From Fibrobacteria bacterium (GTDB lineage: Bacteria; Fibrobacterota; Fibrobacteria; UBA11236), in the NCBI GenBank assembly GCA_041746255.1, contig JBGTHM010000019.1, positions 1-64,000 on the forward strand: a stretch of DNA of 64,000 nt. The letters run 5' to 3'. The stretch's first letter is position 1, and the number at the start of each line of letters is the position of its first letter. Below are positions 27,872 through 38,120 of this stretch, piece after piece. The position numbers and the translations under genes are program-made. The notes under the pieces are model-generated. The model did no database searches. It was given only the letters and a program-made list of their open reading frames with translations, and was not told the origin of the DNA.

Positions 27872-29695
27872 TTGGGCATCCCGGTTTCATCCATGATGGT
27901 GCAAACCGATACGGTTATGCAAAAAAGCGTATCCGGTGCGCCGACGAAAAAACCGTTGCGCGGGATTTTTTATAAGCAGCTTGACCTCATTCGCTTCAGC
28001 CTGGTTGTTCTCGGGCTTATCATATACGCTCTTGCCATCATTCCCCTGTACCCGATTCTTAAAGAGACCACTTTTTTCATTTCGTTATTGCCGCTTTTAC
28101 TAACCGCCTCGATTCTGGGAACCTGGCCGGCCCTGGTGGTGGCTGCGCTCGTCAATCTTTTCAATATCTATCTCGCTTACCAGTTCTCTCAGGATTGGGG
28201 ACAGGTGATTCCCAGCGGAAGCGCTTCCGCGCTATTGCATCTACTTATAGGCGCGGGAGTCGGCCGGTGGCGCGATCTCCACGACAGGCTCAAGGACGAA
28301 GTTCTCCAACGTCGCGAGGTGGAAAACGATTTGGAATATCTGGCCTATCACGATCCCTTGACGGGTCTTCCCAATCGGCGGCTTTTCGCCGATCGGCTCG
28401 ACGTGGAATTAGTTCGTTCTCAGCGTGAAAAGCAAAAGCTGGCTATTTTTTTCCTGAATTTGGACCGTTTCAAAGACATCAACGATACGCTGGGACATGA
28501 GCGCGGAGACAGGCTTCTCCTCGAAACCGGAAGACGCATCAAGCGCTCGCTGCGGGCCGTGGATACCGTGGCCCGCTTCGGCAGCGATACTTTCGTGGCG
28601 ATGCTGCCCAATGTCCGAAACGCCGAGGACATATCCTCCATCGCGGATAAGATCTTCCATGCGCTTAACCAGACTTTTTACCTCTCGGGACACGAAATCC
28701 ACGTAACCGCGCGAATCGGCGTGGCGATTTCGCCGGGTGACGGCGAAAGCAAGGATGATTTATTACGGAATGCCGACGCAGCGCTGTCGCGGGCCAAGGA
28801 GGATCAGAGCCAGAATTTGCAACTTTACAATTCGCAAATTAACCGCATGGCGGCCGAACGAATGGCCCTGGAAAACGGGGTCAGGCGCGCCTTGGCTCAC
28901 GAAGAATTCATTACCTATTACCAACCTATCATCGACGTCAAAACCGGGGTTATCGTGGGCATGGAGGCCTTGTTGCGCTGGTACAATGCGCGTGAAGGCA
29001 AGATGATCATGCCGGACAAGTTCATTCCCATCGCGGAGGATACGGGAATCATCACTCCCCTGGGCGATTGGGTACTTCGCCAAGCATGCAGGCAGGCGTG
29101 CGTTTGGCGGGATTTGGGATTTCCGGGCCTTGTCATGGCGGTCAATCTATCGCCGCGGCAGCTCAAAGAAGCGGATTTGGTTTCGCGTTTCGAGGCTATA
29201 CTTGCGGAAACGGGAATGGATCCCCAAAACCTGGTGCTGGAAATCACCGAGGGTATTCTCATGGGCCGGGATGAAGTCACTCTCAACAGCCTGCAAGCTT
29301 TTCGAAATCTCGGTATCGGTTTGGCCGTCGACGATTTCGGTACGGGATATTCCTGCCTGGGAAATCTAAAGCGGTTGCCCATCACCACATTGAAAATCGA
29401 TCGCTCCTTCGTGATGGAGTTGGTGAAAGATCAGGAATACGCGGCCATCACCCACGCCATCATCGCCATAGCCAAAACCTTGAAGTTACGCGTGGTGGCT
29501 GAAGGCGTGGAAACCGAGGAACAGCGCGCATTCCTCTATGCCCTGCATTGCGACGAAATGCAGGGCTACCTATTCTCCAAACCCTTACCCTCAGAGGAAA
29601 TTACCCGGGTATTGCTGGAAATGGCCGAACGACGCCACCGTAATTCCCCTGCCCCCGCTTCCGGAGTAATGCCGGGGACGCGCGTCAGTCAATAA
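27872..29695 (+). CDS. Membrane GGDEF(degenerate)-EAL c-di-GMP phosphodiesterase
   Basis: TM region, HDPLTGLPNR, GSDTF in place of GGDEF; EALLRW, DDFGTGYS and EGVE intact. Confidence 0.93.
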   Translation: MGIPVSSMMVQTDTVMQKSVSGAPTKKPLRGIFYKQLDLIRFSLVVLGLIIYALAIIPLYPILKETTFFISLLPLLLTASILGTWPALVVAALVNLFNIYLAYQFSQDWGQVIPSGSASALLHLLIGAGVGRWRDLHDRLKDEVLQRREVENDLEYLAYHDPLTGLPNRRLFADRLDVELVRSQREKQKLAIFFLNLDRFKDINDTLGHERGDRLLLETGRRIKRSLRAVDTVARFGSDTFVAMLPNVRNAEDISSIADKIFHALNQTFYLSGHEIHVTARIGVAISPGDGESKDDLLRNADAALSRAKEDQSQNLQLYNSQINRMAAERMALENGVRRALAHEEFITYYQPIIDVKTGVIVGMEALLRWYNAREGKMIMPDKFIPIAEDTGIITPLGDWVLRQACRQACVWRDLGFPGLVMAVNLSPRQLKEADLVSRFEAILAETGMDPQNLVLEITEGILMGRDEVTLNSLQAFRNLGIGLAVDDFGTGYSCLGNLKRLPITTLKIDRSFVMELVKDQEYAAITHAIIAIAKTLKLRVVAEGVETEEQRAFLYALHCDEMQGYLFSKPLPSEEITRVLLEMAERRHRNSPAPASGVMPGTRVSQ

Positions 29696-31131
29696 GCGGA
29701 ATTGATGGAGAGATTCAATACCGCCCCTTGGGCGCCATGAAAGCCCAACTGGGCTCGAAACAGAAAGATGTCGGGGCGACGCACCCGCACTCCGAATCCC
29801 CAGGAGTTTTTGCTGGCCAAATAGTCGATCTCAGCCAGGCTGCTTCCCGTGTTACCGTATTCGTTGAAAATCACCCCATCCACCAATCTCATGAGGGGAA
29901 ATCGGTATTCCATACTAATGGCCGCCACCGCCAGGTCTTTGAACCGGGTTCCGCCATAGCCACGCAGGGGTGTATTATTTCCCAAATCATTGAGCGCGTA
30001 AAACGGCGCGTTATTTCCTTCCAGTTCAAAACTCCGCGCAAAATGAATTTGCATGGCAACCACCTTACGGCTGAAAATTTGTTCGCGGAGCTTACGGTAT
30101 TCGATATTCTCCAGCATTTTTTTCAGGTTCAGATCCTTGAATTGCTCCTGTTCCTCAAGAGAACTCATTTCGTATTTTTCGCTGCCCAGTTTGAAATACC
30201 CGGCCCAGGTCAGCTGGACGCGAGTGAAATTAAAGTCCTGCGGGCCGAAATGGTATTGCCATTCGGTTTCCAGCAGGCTTCCTGAAATGGGTATGTTCAC
30301 GTTATTGCGGGTGTCGCGGGTAAGTCCTCCCGATAGGCTATGGCCCAACCAGTTGCGATTGAAACCGCGGTCGATAAGGCCGGTATCCGCAAGGAAGAAC
30401 GGACTTTGCAAGGATTCGTTATGGGGTGGCGCCTCGCCGTAACGATTGTCGCGTATCCAGTAGCTGGCTGCAACTCCCAAATCCGGCATAAAGGGTAATG
30501 GATGCCCCAAAGAGAATCCTATGCTGTTCGATGAGTCGGAATAGAACCATTCCCGATTGGTTTTTGGTTGATTTATGGAGGTATTTTTCACCCGATAGAA
30601 TGCCAGGGAGGCGCGGGCGTTGAGTCCGCTGGGGGTGATTTCATTGAGATTATAATAGTTGCGTAAGCGCCAGTCTCCATTGACGTGGAAATTGTAGAAG
30701 CTGTTGAACTTGTCTCTGCGTCTACCGAAAGGGGCTTGGTGCCGAAAGGTCAGCCCCGTGGAAGATCGGGTGCCGGTGGAAAGGTTGAGGGTGGGGTAGA
30801 CCATGTAGCGATCATCCGGCCCGAAGCTCAGGAGCTCCATTGTGCGATCGATGACATTTTCAGAGAGGAAATATCGAAGCGGTGGTTTGATGGGATATAG
30901 GAGGGCGTTTACCCCCGGAACCAGGGCTTTCTCAATGGGCCAGGCTATGATTTCCAGTGGGGTAAGCCCGCCGTCTGCATTATTTTCGGAACTCTCTTCG
31001 GATTTTTCGGCCACGAACGATTGGGACACCCCGAATACTTTCGAGGGACCTATAGCCAGGGCCAGGCAAAGTAGACCGAGGATGTTATTCAAGTTTTTGC
31101 CCATAACGCGGGTACGGAGGGTTACCGACAC
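29689..31131 (-). CDS. Omp85/BamA-TamA-family barrel protein without clear POTRA domains
   Basis: DTR, LG...LRGY..RF.D, EYRFP and WGFGVR motifs; terminal Tyr. Confidence 0.8.
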   Translation of the reverse strand: MSVTLRTRVMGKNLNNILGLLCLALAIGPSKVFGVSQSFVAEKSEESSENNADGGLTPLEIIAWPIEKALVPGVNALLYPIKPPLRYFLSENVIDRTMELLSFGPDDRYMVYPTLNLSTGTRSSTGLTFRHQAPFGRRRDKFNSFYNFHVNGDWRLRNYYNLNEITPSGLNARASLAFYRVKNTSINQPKTNREWFYSDSSNSIGFSLGHPLPFMPDLGVAASYWIRDNRYGEAPPHNESLQSPFFLADTGLIDRGFNRNWLGHSLSGGLTRDTRNNVNIPISGSLLETEWQYHFGPQDFNFTRVQLTWAGYFKLGSEKYEMSSLEEQEQFKDLNLKKMLENIEYRKLREQIFSRKVVAMQIHFARSFELEGNNAPFYALNDLGNNTPLRGYGGTRFKDLAVAAISMEYRFPLMRLVDGVIFNEYGNTGSSLAEIDYLASKNSWGFGVRVRRPDIFLFRAQLGFHGAQGAVLNLSINSAY

Positions 31132-31197
31132 TATTATACTATTAGCAATCTACAAGTCGGCCCCAGGAATGACCTGAATCTTCCGGCAAGAGGCTGT

Positions 31198-31758
31198 TTA
31201 GGCCGGGTAGAGCAAATATAGGCTTTTAGCTATGGAGAAGCTTAAAAATCCGAGAATTCCCCCAGCGGTGATGTCGCTGAGATAATGCACTCCGAAATAG
31301 ATGCGCAGGGTTCCGAGAAAAAGCGGAAGGCCCAAGGCGAAATAATACAGGTCGGGCATGTAAAGCGCCAAAGTCATACCCACGCAAAGATTGTTCATGG
31401 TATGACCCGATGGGAAGGAGTATTTGTCGAGAGGGGGAACTCGCGCCGTTATGCCCAAGTCGAGGTTGGCCTCGTACGGACGAGGTCTTTTCACCAGTAA
31501 TTTTACGGGCCAATAAACGGAAAGGCTGACGGCAATGGCCAGCACGCTGTGCAAAAGGATTTCACGAAATACTTCCGGTGGGCGATCGTACCACAAATAG
31601 GCGGCGATGAAAATCCAGATATACCCATCGGCCAGGCGAACGCAGAGAGTCAGGGGAACCTGGAAGACACGATGGATTTGGATACGGTCCAGCCACCTGA
31701 GTACCGCCAGGTCGAGCAGCACGATAAGCTGTAATAAAGATGGGTAGCGGGATTTCAA
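31198..31758 (-). CDS. PAP2-family lipid phosphatase
   Basis: K....RPRP, SFPSGH and RIYFGVHY.SD motifs. Confidence 0.9.
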   Translation of the reverse strand: MKSRYPSLLQLIVLLDLAVLRWLDRIQIHRVFQVPLTLCVRLADGYIWIFIAAYLWYDRPPEVFREILLHSVLAIAVSLSVYWPVKLLVKRPRPYEANLDLGITARVPPLDKYSFPSGHTMNNLCVGMTLALYMPDLYYFALGLPLFLGTLRIYFGVHYLSDITAGGILGFLSFSIAKSLYLLYPA

Positions 31759-31862
31759 GATGGTTCTGGTAAAAGGTCCGGTAAATCTAGCAGTTGGGCC
31801 GGGCTTTGGAAACGCAGGCCTGGCGGTGGGCCTGGAAAGGCATTTAAATTATGTTTTTCCGC

Positions 31863-32198
31863 ATGAAGGCCATGACATTGCAGGAAGCTCAAAAAACCGT
31901 GGATGAGTGGGTGAAATCCGTCGGGGTGCGCTATTTTTCCGAGCTTACCAATACAGCTATCCTCATGGAGGAGGTGGGCGAGGTGGCCCGACTCATGGCC
32001 CGGACCTATGGCGATCAAAGTTTCAAGAAATCCGAACAGGACAGCGAATTGGGTGATGAATTGGCGGACGTGTTATTTGTGCTAATCTGTCTGGCCAATC
32101 AGACGGGTGTCGACCTGACCGAAGCTTTTCGTAACAACCTGGAAAAGAAAACGCGGCGGGACGCCGACCGCCACAAAAACAACCCCAAGCTGGCTTAA
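31863..32198 (+). CDS. MazG-like nucleotide pyrophosphohydrolase
   Basis: EEVGEVAR and [15 protein letters not shown] motifs. Confidence 0.9.
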   Translation: MKAMTLQEAQKTVDEWVKSVGVRYFSELTNTAILMEEVGEVARLMARTYGDQSFKKSEQDSELGDELADVLFVLICLANQTGVDLTEAFRNNLEKKTRRDADRHKNNPKLA

Positions 32199-32215
32199 AC
32201 CCGAAGGAGACCGAA

Positions 32216-33307
32216 GTGTCCAGTATTTACGGCCGGTTGTTCCGCATCTCAACCTGGGGCGAAAGCCATGGCCTGGGAGTCGGAGTCGTGATAGACGGCT
32301 GCCCGGCTGGGCTTGACCTTACAGAGGCCGACATCCAAGCCGATCTCGACCGTCGCCGTCCCGGGCAGAATAAGCTGACCACTCCTCGGAAGGAAGCCGA
32401 CGCGGTGGAAATCTGGTCCGGGCATTTCGAAGGAAAAACCACCGGCACGCCCTTGTCTTTGTTGGTGCGCAACGCCGACCAACGCTCCCATGATTATGCG
32501 GATATGCAAACGCTTTATCGTCCCTCGCATGCGGATTTCACCTATGACGCCAAATACGGCTTCCGCGACTTCCGCGGTGGCGGCCGTTCTTCCGCCCGCG
32601 AAACGGTAGGGCGTGTGGCCGCGGGCGCCGTGGCCCGAAAGCTTCTCCGTCAGGCCTACGGTATCGAAGTCACGGCTTATGTCGACCGCATTGGAACGGT
32701 GGAAGCGTCTCTCGATCCCCTTTTGGTTACGTTGGACCAGGTGGAAAAAAGCCTGGTCCGCTGTCCTGATCCCAAGGCCTCCGCCGCTATGGAAAAAGCC
32801 GTGGCCGAGGCCAAAAAAGCCCGCGACTCCCTGGGCGGAACCATCCAATTGGTGGTGAAAAACTGTCCCGCGGGCTTAGGCGAGCCGGTATTTCACCGCG
32901 TGGAGGCAGAATTGGCGCACGCTTTCTTATCCTTGCCGGCAACCAAGGGTTTTGAGGTCGGCAGCGGTTTTGCCGGTACTTTGCTGAAAGGCAGCGAACA
33001 CAACGATGCTTTCGTCAACAAAGAGGGACGCATCGGAACCGAAACCAATCGCTCGGGCGGCGTGCAAGGGGGAATAACCAATGGTGAGCCCATACTTTGC
33101 CGCATCGCCTTCAAGCCTACCGCGACCATCTCAATGCCCCAGCGGACGGTCAACCAGGCGGGAGAAGATAAGATTCTGGAAGCCAAAGGCCGGCACGACC
33201 CCTGCGTATTGCCGCGCGCCGTGGTCATCGTAGAAGCCATGGCGGCGCTTACCCTGATAGACCTGGTTCTGGAGCATCGCGCGCGTTACGGATTCCTTTC
33301 CGCTTGA
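32216..33307 (+). CDS. aroC: Chorismate synthase
   Basis: [25 protein letters not shown] and GRHDPC motifs. Confidence 0.98.
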   Translation: MSSIYGRLFRISTWGESHGLGVGVVIDGCPAGLDLTEADIQADLDRRRPGQNKLTTPRKEADAVEIWSGHFEGKTTGTPLSLLVRNADQRSHDYADMQTLYRPSHADFTYDAKYGFRDFRGGGRSSARETVGRVAAGAVARKLLRQAYGIEVTAYVDRIGTVEASLDPLLVTLDQVEKSLVRCPDPKASAAMEKAVAEAKKARDSLGGTIQLVVKNCPAGLGEPVFHRVEAELAHAFLSLPATKGFEVGSGFAGTLLKGSEHNDAFVNKEGRIGTETNRSGGVQGGITNGEPILCRIAFKPTATISMPQRTVNQAGEDKILEAKGRHDPCVLPRAVVIVEAMAALTLIDLVLEHRARYGFLSA

Positions 33308-34044
33308 AACTTCCCCTCGACGTGCTGGGTGAGCTGCAAACCCTCTCGCGGCTTCCTTATGAAAATCTCAGTAAAATCGCCTTGCTGCACCGGCGTGGAT
33401 CGGTAGAAGACGCCCTCCTTCAGGAGGAAATACGCGCATTCCGGGGGGGCACCTGTTTTGCGCTGACCTATTCCTTGCACATGCGACTCAAGGCATTGGG
33501 GTATACGACAGGCTTTCTGATGGCCGATAAGCTTCGCTATGCGAATGTGCATTGCGGTTTATTATGGGAATGGGAAGGGGCCCGTTATCTGCTGGATCCC
33601 GGTTATCTCATTTATGCGGCCCTCCCGCTTCCCGAAAGCGGACTCAGCCATTGCCAATGGATACCACCGAATGAAGTGGTCTTGACCCACATTCCGGACC
33701 AAGAGGTGTGGCGGCTTTCCAGCGGGAAAAAAGGTTCTCCCGTTCACCGTTTCGATTTTCGCCGTATGCCGGTTTCCGAAGCGGAATTTATGCGGCATTG
33801 GCAGGACAGTTATTTCTTGGAAATGATGGATTACCCTGTGCTCAACAAGGCCGAAAAGGGGGTGCAATATTACTTGCAGAAGCGCAATTTGATTATCCGC
33901 ACCGAGATTGGAAGCGAAATGAGGCGTCTCGATCGCGCGGGAGTGGAGCGGGCGGCAGTGGAAATTTTTGGATTGAACCGGGAAATGACGGAGGCGGCGT
34001 TAAATGTTTTATCCGATCGGAACCAGAATCTGTTTAAGGATTGA
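33304..34044 (+). CDS. Arylamine N-acetyltransferase family protein
   Basis: PYENL, RGGTCF, H and LLDPG (Cys-His-Asp triad). Confidence 0.8.
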   Translation: MKLPLDVLGELQTLSRLPYENLSKIALLHRRGSVEDALLQEEIRAFRGGTCFALTYSLHMRLKALGYTTGFLMADKLRYANVHCGLLWEWEGARYLLDPGYLIYAALPLPESGLSHCQWIPPNEVVLTHIPDQEVWRLSSGKKGSPVHRFDFRRMPVSEAEFMRHWQDSYFLEMMDYPVLNKAEKGVQYYLQKRNLIIRTEIGSEMRRLDRAGVERAAVEIFGLNREMTEAALNVLSDRNQNLFKD

Positions 34045-34518
34045 GGATTTAGCAGACCCCGGGTTTTCCGGTTTCTTGTTTTCGGCCAGCCAGAGGTTGG
34101 AAATGGCGGCGGCCGCCCTTTCCCTTTGCTCCACCGTAGTTGCGGGGTGTATCATGAATTTAAGCAGGCTCTTTAAAACCACTTTATGCAGTTGGACGAG
34201 AAAATCCAGTTTTGCGAATCCTTCGTTTTTCATGAAAGCGGAAAAGTGCTGATCTTGAAAATCCAGGATTCCCCCTTCTCCGAGGGTCAGCAAAAGGCCG
34301 TTCTTGAAACGCACTAAAAGAACGGAACCTAAATCGGAGTTTCCCGAGAAGGAGATTTCTTCGATTAACGGTTTTCCGGAAAAGAGGCGGGCACTGACCT
34401 TGCGGTAGTGAAAGGGCTGGCGTAGCTTGTCCAGCAGGGATTCAATAATACGGTAACCTCGCATGCGCACTCCTTTGCTGTCCATACTTTCCAGTGACGG
34501 AAATCGTGGCGTAGACAT
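34009..34518 (-). CDS. Hypothetical protein
   Basis: 169-aa ORF filling the gap between NAT and rpe. No recognised motif; start uncertain. Confidence 0.5.
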   Translation of the reverse strand: MSTPRFPSLESMDSKGVRMRGYRIIESLLDKLRQPFHYRKVSARLFSGKPLIEEISFSGNSDLGSVLLVRFKNGLLLTLGEGGILDFQDQHFSAFMKNEGFAKLDFLVQLHKVVLKSLLKFMIHPATTVEQRERAAAAISNLWLAENKKPENPGSAKSSILKQILVPIG

Positions 34519-34679
34519 TAATATAAGGTTTAACCGAATTCATACCATGCAAAAATTCTTCCGTTTCGGCTCTTGCCGGTGGTTCGCGATATTTCCGCCC
34601 AAAACCCCGATGGGTAAGGTATTTTTGAGCATTGTATCCCGGTTTTGGCAAAACCCCCTCAGACAAGGAAGCACCGATC

Positions 34680-35342
34680 ATGGCCTATCGCAATAAATTG
34701 GCGCCCAGCGTCCTGAATGCGGATCTATCCCGCCTACGCGAAGAATTGGGCGCCATTTCCCAGGGGGGCGCCGATTGGGTGCATTTGGACATTATGGATG
34801 GCCATTTCGTTCCCAACCTCACCTTCGGCCCGGTATTTGTGGAAGCGGTAAAGCGTTCCACGGCCTTGCCCCTCGACTGCCACCTCATGATCTCAGACCC
34901 TGCGGCTTATTTGGAGGATTTCTGCCGGGCCGGGGCGACCTCACTCACCGTTCATCAGGAAGCCGGGGTTCACTTGGATTCGCTGGTGCGAAAAATTCGG
35001 GAATTGGGTTGCCGGGTCGGAGTCAGCCTGAATCCCGCCACGCCGCTGGAAACCCTGGATTGGATTCTCCCCGAGATCGACATGGTCTTACTCATGTCGG
35101 TGAATCCCGGTTTCGGAGGCCAGAAATTCATTCCCTATACCTTGGAGAAAATCGCGGCCTTGCGACGTACTGCCGAAGAAAAAAGCCTGAAGCTCAATAT
35201 CCAAGTCGACGGGGGAATCGGGCCTGACAACGTCAAGGCGGTTATTGATGCCGGCGCTGATGTCATTGTCTGTGGCTCGGCGATTTTCACCAACCCGGAT
35301 GTTATCGCTACCACCCGCCGCATGAAGGAATTGATGGGGTAG
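34680..35342 (+). CDS. rpe: Ribulose-phosphate 3-epimerase
   Basis: HLDIMDGHFVPN, HLMI, MSVNPGFGGQ and VDGG motifs. Confidence 0.97.
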   Translation: MAYRNKLAPSVLNADLSRLREELGAISQGGADWVHLDIMDGHFVPNLTFGPVFVEAVKRSTALPLDCHLMISDPAAYLEDFCRAGATSLTVHQEAGVHLDSLVRKIRELGCRVGVSLNPATPLETLDWILPEIDMVLLMSVNPGFGGQKFIPYTLEKIAALRRTAEEKSLKLNIQVDGGIGPDNVKAVIDAGADVIVCGSAIFTNPDVIATTRRMKELMG

Positions 35343-35427
35343 GGGCGGAGATCACGCGGCTGGAATCTCCGGTTTATCTACCTTTGCGGACCGCTATTCC
35401 TGCATGAGCCCTTCAACTTTGTAAGTA

Positions 35428-36918
35428 TTGGATAAGATGATGTTCGACTTGAATTACCTCCTGATAGTGGGATCCATTTTGATCCTTCTCAGCGTGGTAA
35501 TCGCGCGGCTTTCGCAAAACTTGGGAGTACCCACCTTTCTCCTGTTTATCGGGTTGGGCATGCTGGCGGGTTCCGAGGGGATAGGCCAAATCCACTTTTC
35601 CGATCCCGCACTTGCGCAGACCATCGGGATAATCGCCCTGATTTTCATTCTCTTTTCCGGCGGTTTGGATACGAGTTGGGGAAGCGTACGTAAAGTCTGG
35701 GGTTCCGGCGCCAGCTTGGCCACCCTGGGCGTCTTTCTTACCTGCGGAGTTATCGGATTATTCGCTCATGTGGCGCTGGGCTTCCCATTATTGCAATCCT
35801 TGTTGATAGGGGCCATCATTTCTTCTACCGATGCCGCCGCCGTTTTTTCCGTGCTGCGGGGACGGAATCTGCATTTGCATCCGCGCGTCCGGTCGGTGCT
35901 CGAATTGGAATCGGGCAGCAACGACCCCATGGCGATATTCCTCACGCTCGCCGTCATCGCTGCCATCCTCACGCCGGACGGACCTTGGTGGATGATGGGG
36001 AGGATGTTCGTTCAACAAATCGGACTGGGTGGGCTCATTGGACTGGCTCTGGGCAAAGGCATGATCCTCTTTTTGAACCGGATACGTTTTTCCTATGACG
36101 GCATGTATCCCGTCTTCGCGCTGGCTTTCGCCGGTTTGGTTTACTCGCTGACCGATGTATTGGGAGGCAGCGGTTTTCTGGCGGTCTATTTCGCCGGTTT
36201 GGTGGTTGGTAACGGAACCGTAGCCCATAAACGGGCTATCCAGCGGTTCTTCGACGGCTTGGCCTGGTTGGGCCAGATCGGAATGTTCCTCATCCTGGGT
36301 TTGCTGGTATTTCCCTCACAACTTTTTGGCGTGTTGGGCGCCGGCTTATGGATTTCGGCGGCTCTGATTCTTATCGCCCGTCCTTTGGGGGTGTTCCTCA
36401 GCCTGTATTTTTCCAAATGGACCCTGCGTGAAAAAGGCTTTATCTCCTGGGTGGGTTTGCGGGGAGCGGTCCCTATTATTCTCGCAACCTTCCCGCTTTT
36501 GGCCGGGTTGCCGGAGGCGGATTTGGTATTCAACATCGTATTTTTCATCGTGTTGACATCCACCCTTATTCAAGGTTGGAGCATCGCGCCGGTAGCCCGA
36601 TGGTTCGGGGTCACGATTCCACCGGGAAGAGATTCGGATAGCACCCTTGAATTCAACGCACCTGAGGGCGCGCAAATGGAAATCATGGAGTTCATTTTGC
36701 CTTTCGGCGCCGAAGCGGCGGGCAAATCCGTGCTGGAATTGGGACTTCCCGACGACCTGCTTATCGTGCTGGTGTGCCGGGGGGAAAAGTTCATAGTCCC
36801 CAGCGGGCGCACCTATTTGGAAGAGGGGGACATCATTCAGGTTTTGGCGAACAAGGATAATTTGCAGCCGGTGGTGCAGGCTTTCCAACGCCAAAAAGCG
36901 GCGCCTCCCGCAAACTAG
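35428..36918 (+). CDS. cvrA: K+/H+ antiporter, CPA1 family with TrkA-C domain
   Basis: GMLAGSEG, STDAAAVF, LELESGSNDP and GLRGAVPI motifs; C-terminal RCK-C domain. Confidence 0.9.
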   Translation: MDKMMFDLNYLLIVGSILILLSVVIARLSQNLGVPTFLLFIGLGMLAGSEGIGQIHFSDPALAQTIGIIALIFILFSGGLDTSWGSVRKVWGSGASLATLGVFLTCGVIGLFAHVALGFPLLQSLLIGAIISSTDAAAVFSVLRGRNLHLHPRVRSVLELESGSNDPMAIFLTLAVIAAILTPDGPWWMMGRMFVQQIGLGGLIGLALGKGMILFLNRIRFSYDGMYPVFALAFAGLVYSLTDVLGGSGFLAVYFAGLVVGNGTVAHKRAIQRFFDGLAWLGQIGMFLILGLLVFPSQLFGVLGAGLWISAALILIARPLGVFLSLYFSKWTLREKGFISWVGLRGAVPIILATFPLLAGLPEADLVFNIVFFIVLTSTLIQGWSIAPVARWFGVTIPPGRDSDSTLEFNAPEGAQMEIMEFILPFGAEAAGKSVLELGLPDDLLIVLVCRGEKFIVPSGRTYLEEGDIIQVLANKDNLQPVVQAFQRQKAAPPAN

Positions 36919-37946
36919 CCGTTAAAGGTATCGTTCAAGTTACCGACTCCCGCAAGCCGCAAAGCCAAATCCAGGGCCGATACCATAGGGTCGGGATCGG
37001 CTTGGTTGCTTCCGGCGATATCATAAGCGGTACCATGGTCGGGCGAGGTGCGCACGAAAGGCAGCCCCAGGGTGCAATTGACTCCGGCTTTGAAATCGAG
37101 GGTTTTCATGGGACCGAAGCCCTGATCGTGATACATCGCCAGTACACCATCGAAACGGCCCAATAGGGCTTCCCGGAAAACCGTGTCGCCCGCCAAAGGC
37201 CCGAAGGTGGGGAATCCCTCCCGCTCCAGTTCCTGCATGGCGGGAATGAGAATGTCCAATTCTTCGCGGCCGAACAAACCGTTTTCGCCGGCATGGGGAT
37301 TGACTCCGGCCAAAGCGATGCGAGGGGACCGGATCCCGTTTTTTAGCAAGGCGTTCCATGTGAGCTTCACCACGGTTTTCAGGCGCGGCACCGTGACCGC
37401 ATCCAGCGCCTGCCGGAGACTCATGTGATCCGTGACATGGCTGACCATGACTTTGGGATGCACCAATGCCATCACGACGCCGTCCGCGCCCGTCCGTTTT
37501 TCCAGGATGTCGGTATGGCCCACGAAGGGATGTCCCGCCAATTGCAGGCCCTCTTTGCTGATGGGCGCGGTCACGATGGCATCGGCTTCGCCCGCCAGAC
37601 AAACGTCGATGGCATGGATGAAATAGCGATAAGCCGCGTCGCCGCAGGGGGCGGATGGCTGTCTAAGGGCAAACCCGCCGGGGCGCAACAGGCCGAAGCT
37701 TTTTACGGGAAAGCTTCCCTTTACTTGACTGGCTTCATCGCAAAACAGATGGCTGAACCCAAGCGACTCCGCGGTGCTTTGCAGGATATCCAACTCACCC
37801 AGGATGAGAAAATCCGCAGGAGCGTTTTCCGGGCGACCGGCTTTTTTCTGGGCCAGGGCCTTAATCAGAACTTCGGGACCGATTCCGGCGGCATCCCCCA
37901 AGGTAAGGAGAATTCGGGGTTTTGAGCGAGAAGAATTTGCGGTCAT
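36915..37946 (-). CDS. pdxA: 4-hydroxythreonine-4-phosphate dehydrogenase family protein
   Basis: GDAAGIGPE, TAPISK, GHT, NPHAGE, MYHDQG and RTSPDHGTA motifs. Confidence 0.92.
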   Translation of the reverse strand: MTANSSRSKPRILLTLGDAAGIGPEVLIKALAQKKAGRPENAPADFLILGELDILQSTAESLGFSHLFCDEASQVKGSFPVKSFGLLRPGGFALRQPSAPCGDAAYRYFIHAIDVCLAGEADAIVTAPISKEGLQLAGHPFVGHTDILEKRTGADGVVMALVHPKVMVSHVTDHMSLRQALDAVTVPRLKTVVKLTWNALLKNGIRSPRIALAGVNPHAGENGLFGREELDILIPAMQELEREGFPTFGPLAGDTVFREALLGRFDGVLAMYHDQGFGPMKTLDFKAGVNCTLGLPFVRTSPDHGTAYDIAGSNQADPDPMVSALDLALRLAGVGNLNDTFNG

Positions 37947-37976
37947 ATACCCTGAAAATAGTTAAGGCTGGCCTTA

Positions 37977-38057
37977 GAGTGTCTAACAGAATGGGGTTCT
38001 ACTACGGCCGGCTACGAAAGTCCAGGGCGTCGTAGAACCCCATTCTGTTAGGCACTC
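37977..38057. mobile_element. Short 81-bp copy of the MITE
   Basis: Same termini as the 11012 copy; first ~57 bp near-identical to it; TTA on both flanks. Confidence 0.85.
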
Positions 38058-38120
38058 TTAAAAAGGCGTCGGAGGACTCCATCACGTACAATAGTATATC
38101 AAGGGAAGGGGAGGGTAGAC

